From contig JBAZTR010000002.1 of assembly GCA_041661745.1 (NCBI GenBank), positions 68,368-132,367 of the forward strand: a DNA stretch of 64,000 bases. The letters are read 5' to 3'. The stretch is from Patescibacteria group bacterium (lineage in GTDB: Bacteria > Patescibacteriota > Patescibacteriia > UBA9934 > GWF2-40-263). The notes beneath the pieces are model-generated. The model had not been told where the DNA came from, did not search any database, and saw nothing but the letters and a program-made list of their open reading frames with translations. The translations under genes were made by a program, and so were the position numbers. Shown one piece after another: positions 60,127 through 64,000 of this stretch (position 1 is the first letter of the stretch; every line of letters begins with the position of its first letter).

Positions 60127-62997
60127 TTATTTCCTAGTTTCAAAAATTTCCTTCAAAAACTGTCCGGTATAACTAGTCTTAACTTTGGCCACCTCACGAG
60201 GCGTACCTTCGGCCACCACCATACCGCCCTTGTTCCCGCCATCCGGACCCATGTCGATAATCCAATCAGCGCCTTTGATGACATCAGGGTTATGCTCGAT
60301 GATCAAAACCGTATTGCCCTTATCCGCCAAACGATGAAGAACATCCAAAAGTTTTTTAATATCTTCAAAGTGAAGGCCGGTGGTCGGTTCATCAAGAATA
60401 TACAAAGTCTTACCAGTGGCCCGACGAGAAAGTTCTGTGGCCAACTTAACACGTTGGGCTTCACCACCAGACAAAGTCGTAGCTGATTGGCCGAGGTGCA
60501 TATAGCCAAGTCCGACCTCGCGCAAAATTCCCAGCTTGTCGGCAATGGCCGGTTGGTCGGAAAAGAAACGGAACGATTCTTCCACGGTCATATCCAAAAC
60601 ATCGGCAATATTTTTACCTTTGTAATGAATTTCCAAAACCTCGGCGTTGTAGCGACGACCATGACACTCGTGACATTCAGCGTAAACGTCGGGCATGAAC
60701 TGCATTTCAATGCGCTGCAAGCCATCACCACCGCAAGCCTCACAACGACCGCCACCTTTGACGTTGAAGCTAAACTTACCGGCATCAAAACGACGAAGTT
60801 TGGCTTCCGGCACCTCAGTAAACAAATCGCGCACGGCCGTGAACAGGCCGGTGTAGGTGGCCGGGTTGGAACGCGGGGTGCGACCAATAGGTGATTGATC
60901 AATGGCCACGATTTTATCAAGATTTTCTAGCCCCAAAATTTTATCATGCTCGGCCGGCAGTTCTTTGGCCCGATAAAAATGGCGCTCCAGTGCCTTCGCT
61001 AAAATCTCCAAAATCAAAGTTGATTTACCGGAACCGGAAACACCGGTAACACAAGTTAAAGTGCCGAGCGGTAAATTGACCGTGACGTTTTTCAGGTTAA
61101 AAGCACGCGCCCCGACAATGGTTAATTTTTTACCACTGCCCTTGCGAACGCGGGCTGGCACAGGAATTTCTTTTTTACCAGATAAATATTGTCCGGTTAG
61201 CGATTCTTTATTTTTAGTTAAATCTTTAATGGTACCCTCGGCAATAATTTCACCACCATAAGTGCCGGCGCCGGGCCCGACATCAATTATCCAATCAGCC
61301 TCATTCATCATGGCGGCATCGTGTTCAACAACAATAACACTGTTACCCTGGTCACGGAGTTTTTTAAGGGTTTCAATTAATTTTTCGTTATCGCGTGGAT
61401 GCAGACCAATAGACGGTTCGTCCAAAATATAAATCACACCGGTTAAACCATTGCCAAGTTGCGTAGCCAAACGAACGCGTTGCGATTCACCACCAGACAA
61501 AGTCATGGCACTGCGATCAAGGGTTAAATAACCTAACCCAACATCAAGCAAGTTGCGTAGACGACCACTAACTTCTTTGGCCACCCGTTCCATGACTTCT
61601 AGGTCAGAACCGGCCAAGCCACAGCAACACCGTTCCTGTTTACTTTTGACGGTGTGCTTACCCGGCACATAAGCTTTAAAAAATTCGGCCAGTTCATCCA
61701 ACGGCTTATTTACGAAATCGGAAATGGAAAAATTCAAAACCTTAACCGCCAAAGCCTCCGGTTTCAAACGTTGACCACGACAAGCTGTACAGAGCAAGGT
61801 GCGCATGTAGCACTCCAACTCGTGACGAACATAATCAGAATCGGTTTCTTTATATTTTCTTTCAAGCATGGCCAAAATGCCCGGGAAAGTTACGGTCTGA
61901 CCATCGATGTCGTAAGTTTCCTCACCGGTACCGTCAAATAAAACTTTCATTTTAACCGCGGGAATTTTTTCCACCGGAGTCCCCATGGGAATTTTATGGC
62001 GATGTCCGACGGCTTCAAGCAAACGCATTTGCGCCGCCGAATTACCGGCCGCCCTGGACCACGGCCGAATCGCCCCTTCGTCTAAAGTTAAACGCTTATT
62101 AGGAATAACCAACTCTGGTTCAAAAACAAGTTTAACCCCAAGGCCGGTACAATCCGGGCAGGCTCCGTGTGGCGAGTTAAAAGAAAAAGAACGCGGTTCA
62201 GGCTTGGACACCGACAACTGACAATCAGCACAATAGTAAGCCTGGGAAAACAAACGATCTTCGCCATCAGATTCGGACACCGCATTAACCACACCGTTAC
62301 CATACTCTAAGGCCTTACCAACCAATTCTTTAATTCGAGCTAACGGAAGGTTGCTGTCGGGTTCAAAAGTCGCAATCAATAAATCAATTGTGTGTGGCTT
62401 GGCCTTATCCTTCCGCATTTCAAGTGCTTCCTCGGTATCCATAATGACACCATCAAAACGTATTGACTTGAAACCAGAATCAAGTGCTGTTAACAGAACT
62501 TGTTTATGTTCACCTTTTTGTTCGCGGACAATCGGAGCAAACAAATAAAGCGTTCCGACCTCGCGGAGTTTATTTATAGTTGAAGAGATTTGTTCCAAAG
62601 TTTGCTCTTTCAATTCGCGCTGACATTTTGGGCAATGCGGTTTACCAATGCGGGCGAAAAGAATACGCAAAGCGTCGTAAACCTCAGTTACGGTGCCGAC
62701 GGTCGAACGCGGATTGTGCGAAGAAGATTTTTGATCAATGGCCACGGTTGGCGACAACCCGGTAATTTCATCAACATCGGGCTTGTCTTGCATTTCCAAA
62801 AATTGGCGAGCATAGCTAGACAGCGATTCCATAAAGCGACGCTGACCCTCGGCATAAATGGTGTCAAAGGCCAGAGAGGATTTTCCCGAACCGGATAAAC
62901 CGGTAATCACCACGAAACTATTTTTAGGGATATCGACGTCAACATTTTTCAAATTATGAACGCGCGCCCCGCGCACGGAAATGCAATTTTTTGTCAT
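60127..62997 (-). CDS. uvrA: Excinuclease ABC subunit A
   Basis: GLSGSGKSS, two LSGGE motifs, zinc fingers, DEPTTGLH. Confidence 0.98.
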   Translation of the reverse strand: MTKNCISVRGARVHNLKNVDVDIPKNSFVVITGLSGSGKSSLAFDTIYAEGQRRFMESLSSYARQFLEMQDKPDVDEITGLSPTVAIDQKSSSHNPRSTVGTVTEVYDALRILFARIGKPHCPKCQRELKEQTLEQISSTINKLREVGTLYLFAPIVREQKGEHKQVLLTALDSGFKSIRFDGVIMDTEEALEMRKDKAKPHTIDLLIATFEPDSNLPLARIKELVGKALEYGNGVVNAVSESDGEDRLFSQAYYCADCQLSVSKPEPRSFSFNSPHGACPDCTGLGVKLVFEPELVIPNKRLTLDEGAIRPWSRAAGNSAAQMRLLEAVGHRHKIPMGTPVEKIPAVKMKVLFDGTGEETYDIDGQTVTFPGILAMLERKYKETDSDYVRHELECYMRTLLCTACRGQRLKPEALAVKVLNFSISDFVNKPLDELAEFFKAYVPGKHTVKSKQERCCCGLAGSDLEVMERVAKEVSGRLRNLLDVGLGYLTLDRSAMTLSGGESQRVRLATQLGNGLTGVIYILDEPSIGLHPRDNEKLIETLKKLRDQGNSVIVVEHDAAMMNEADWIIDVGPGAGTYGGEIIAEGTIKDLTKNKESLTGQYLSGKKEIPVPARVRKGSGKKLTIVGARAFNLKNVTVNLPLGTLTCVTGVSGSGKSTLILEILAKALERHFYRAKELPAEHDKILGLENLDKIVAIDQSPIGRTPRSNPATYTGLFTAVRDLFTEVPEAKLRRFDAGKFSFNVKGGGRCEACGGDGLQRIEMQFMPDVYAECHECHGRRYNAEVLEIHYKGKNIADVLDMTVEESFRFFSDQPAIADKLGILREVGLGYMHLGQSATTLSGGEAQRVKLATELSRRATGKTLYILDEPTTGLHFEDIKKLLDVLHRLADKGNTVLIIEHNPDVIKGADWIIDMGPDGGNKGGMVVAEGTPREVAKVKTSYTGQFLKEIFETRK

Positions 62998-63061
62998 AGA
63001 TAAAAGCGTGGGACATGGTACCACGCTTTTGTTTTTGCTGCAAGGATTCGATTATTCGATT

Positions 63062-64000
63062 TTATTTAGGTGTGGAAGCACAATTAGCTGTACCTAAAAT
63101 ATTTAAAGAATATGTGCACTTAGTATTCGTTTTTGCCCCAATTCCACAGGAATCTTCCTCGCAAACGGTTTTTAAACTTATATCTGAAGAATCGGGAGCG
63201 TAATAACCTAAAGGCGGTTGAACTCTGCCTGTCTTTGTCTTTTGATCTTTATAATCTTCACATTTTGCAACACTGGAACTGGAACAATCGAGTGTTAAAA
63301 GAACACACTTATTTAGTGATGCATCCGAGCCAAAAAGTGCTCCGTGATCGTAAAAACATTCATACGAAATTTTAGGAATTCCATTACCGCCAGTGGTATC
63401 TGTCCGCAAATCATATTGAGAACACGCAGAAGAGTCAACGGCTAGACCGGCGATGGTTTGGTTCATCTCTTCACAAGCAAGACAGCGATCGGCCGGATCT
63501 AGACGGGTACATTTTTGGTAGGTTTCAGGACAGGTGTTCCAGTGACAAGTTTTTTGTTCGGCCTCTGGAACATCTTTTCCGTTTTCTTTTACAAGTTTAG
63601 AAACCGTGCTGCCACATTTACCAGTAGTTGGTTCTAAAGTATATATTCCTTTGGCCTGAATGGATTCGCAACTGGTCGAATCAGAAATAAACATGACTCC
63701 TTGCATTTTTGGAATTTGCGGCATTTCTAATTTAATCAACTGGGGGTTAACGGTAAAAAGAATAAGAGCCGCACACATAAGCAAAACTAATCCGGTCAAT
63801 GCTTTGGTGATTCGCTCTTTAGCTTTAGAAATTTCCCCACCGCCCGGCGAACTAACATACTGCAAGCCACCGACCATTAACATAAGAACAGCAAAAATCG
63901 TGGCAATACTTAAAAGAAATTTATAGGTCTTATCAACATAATCCCCTAAACCGGTAACACTGGCCGTAATTCTACCGGCAATCGGCAAACTTACCCCAAG
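63062..64000 (-). CDS. CPR-type pilin-domain protein with Cys-rich C-terminus (5' end may lie outside the window)
   Basis: AVLMLMVGGLQY..AKERITKALTGL..ILFTVNPQL core followed by many cysteines. Confidence 0.7.
   Translation of the reverse strand, partial: LGVSLPIAGRITASVTGLGDYVDKTYKFLLSIATIFAVLMLMVGGLQYVSSPGGGEISKAKERITKALTGLVLLMCAALILFTVNPQLIKLEMPQIPKMQGVMFISDSTSCESIQAKGIYTLEPTTGKCGSTVSKLVKENGKDVPEAEQKTCHWNTCPETYQKCTRLDPADRCLACEEMNQTIAGLAVDSSACSQYDLRTDTTGGNGIPKISYECFYDHGALFGSDASLNKCVLLTLDCSSSSVAKCEDYKDQKTKTGRVQPPLGYYAPDSSDISLKTVCEEDSCGIGAKTNTKCTYSLNILGTANCASTPK

Noticed and set aside
61610-61670. CCC-containing insert in UvrA ([11 protein letters not shown])
   Set aside because: It is short, lies in a variable loop and shows no repeat or intein signature; there is not enough evidence of function.
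1-64000. Recoded TGA (genetic code 25) as in Gracilibacteria/Absconditabacteria
   Set aside because: Conserved genes are full length under code 11, and TGA ends genes at expected positions (e.g. the YmdB-family gene at 26247).
1-64000. CRISPR array, integron attC array, DGR or prophage as an explanation for the repeats and cassettes
   Set aside because: No regularly spaced repeats, attC-like sites, integrase, reverse transcriptase, transposase or phage genes were seen in the window.

Overview
Core-genome window from a small-genome, code-11 bacterium. Gene content and protein styles point to Patescibacteria/CPR, probably Parcubacteria/ABY1-type (inference). It carries translation, replication and repair genes (fusA, rpsG, rpsL, rpmB, leuS, infB, truB, rny, rnc, nusB, rpmF, gyrA, rpsA, tsaD/E, arfB, smc, uvrA), four tRNAs, DNA-uptake and pilus genes (comEC, PilB/GspE ATPase, pilin) and a complete Liv-type ABC transporter. 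The most striking non-annotated structure is fivefold. (1) Seven scattered, GC-richer single-gene cassettes, each with a Shine-Dalgarno site and terminator and six with their own TTGAC-type promoter, in a genome whose housekeeping genes mostly lack SD sites. They include a divergent RelA/SpoT-like synthetase and a catalytically dead secreted caspase-like protein. (2) A palindromic repeat inserted in-frame into LeuS, TsaD and the ComEC-type MBL nuclease. (3) Two candidate ncRNAs: a 6S-like RNA before rny and an orphan rod-shaped RNA with its own promoter and terminator. (4) A leader-peptide attenuator before an MFS gene. (5) A hinge-less SMC and a NUDIX-containing LeuS. No database searches or folding programs were run; all calls are by eye.
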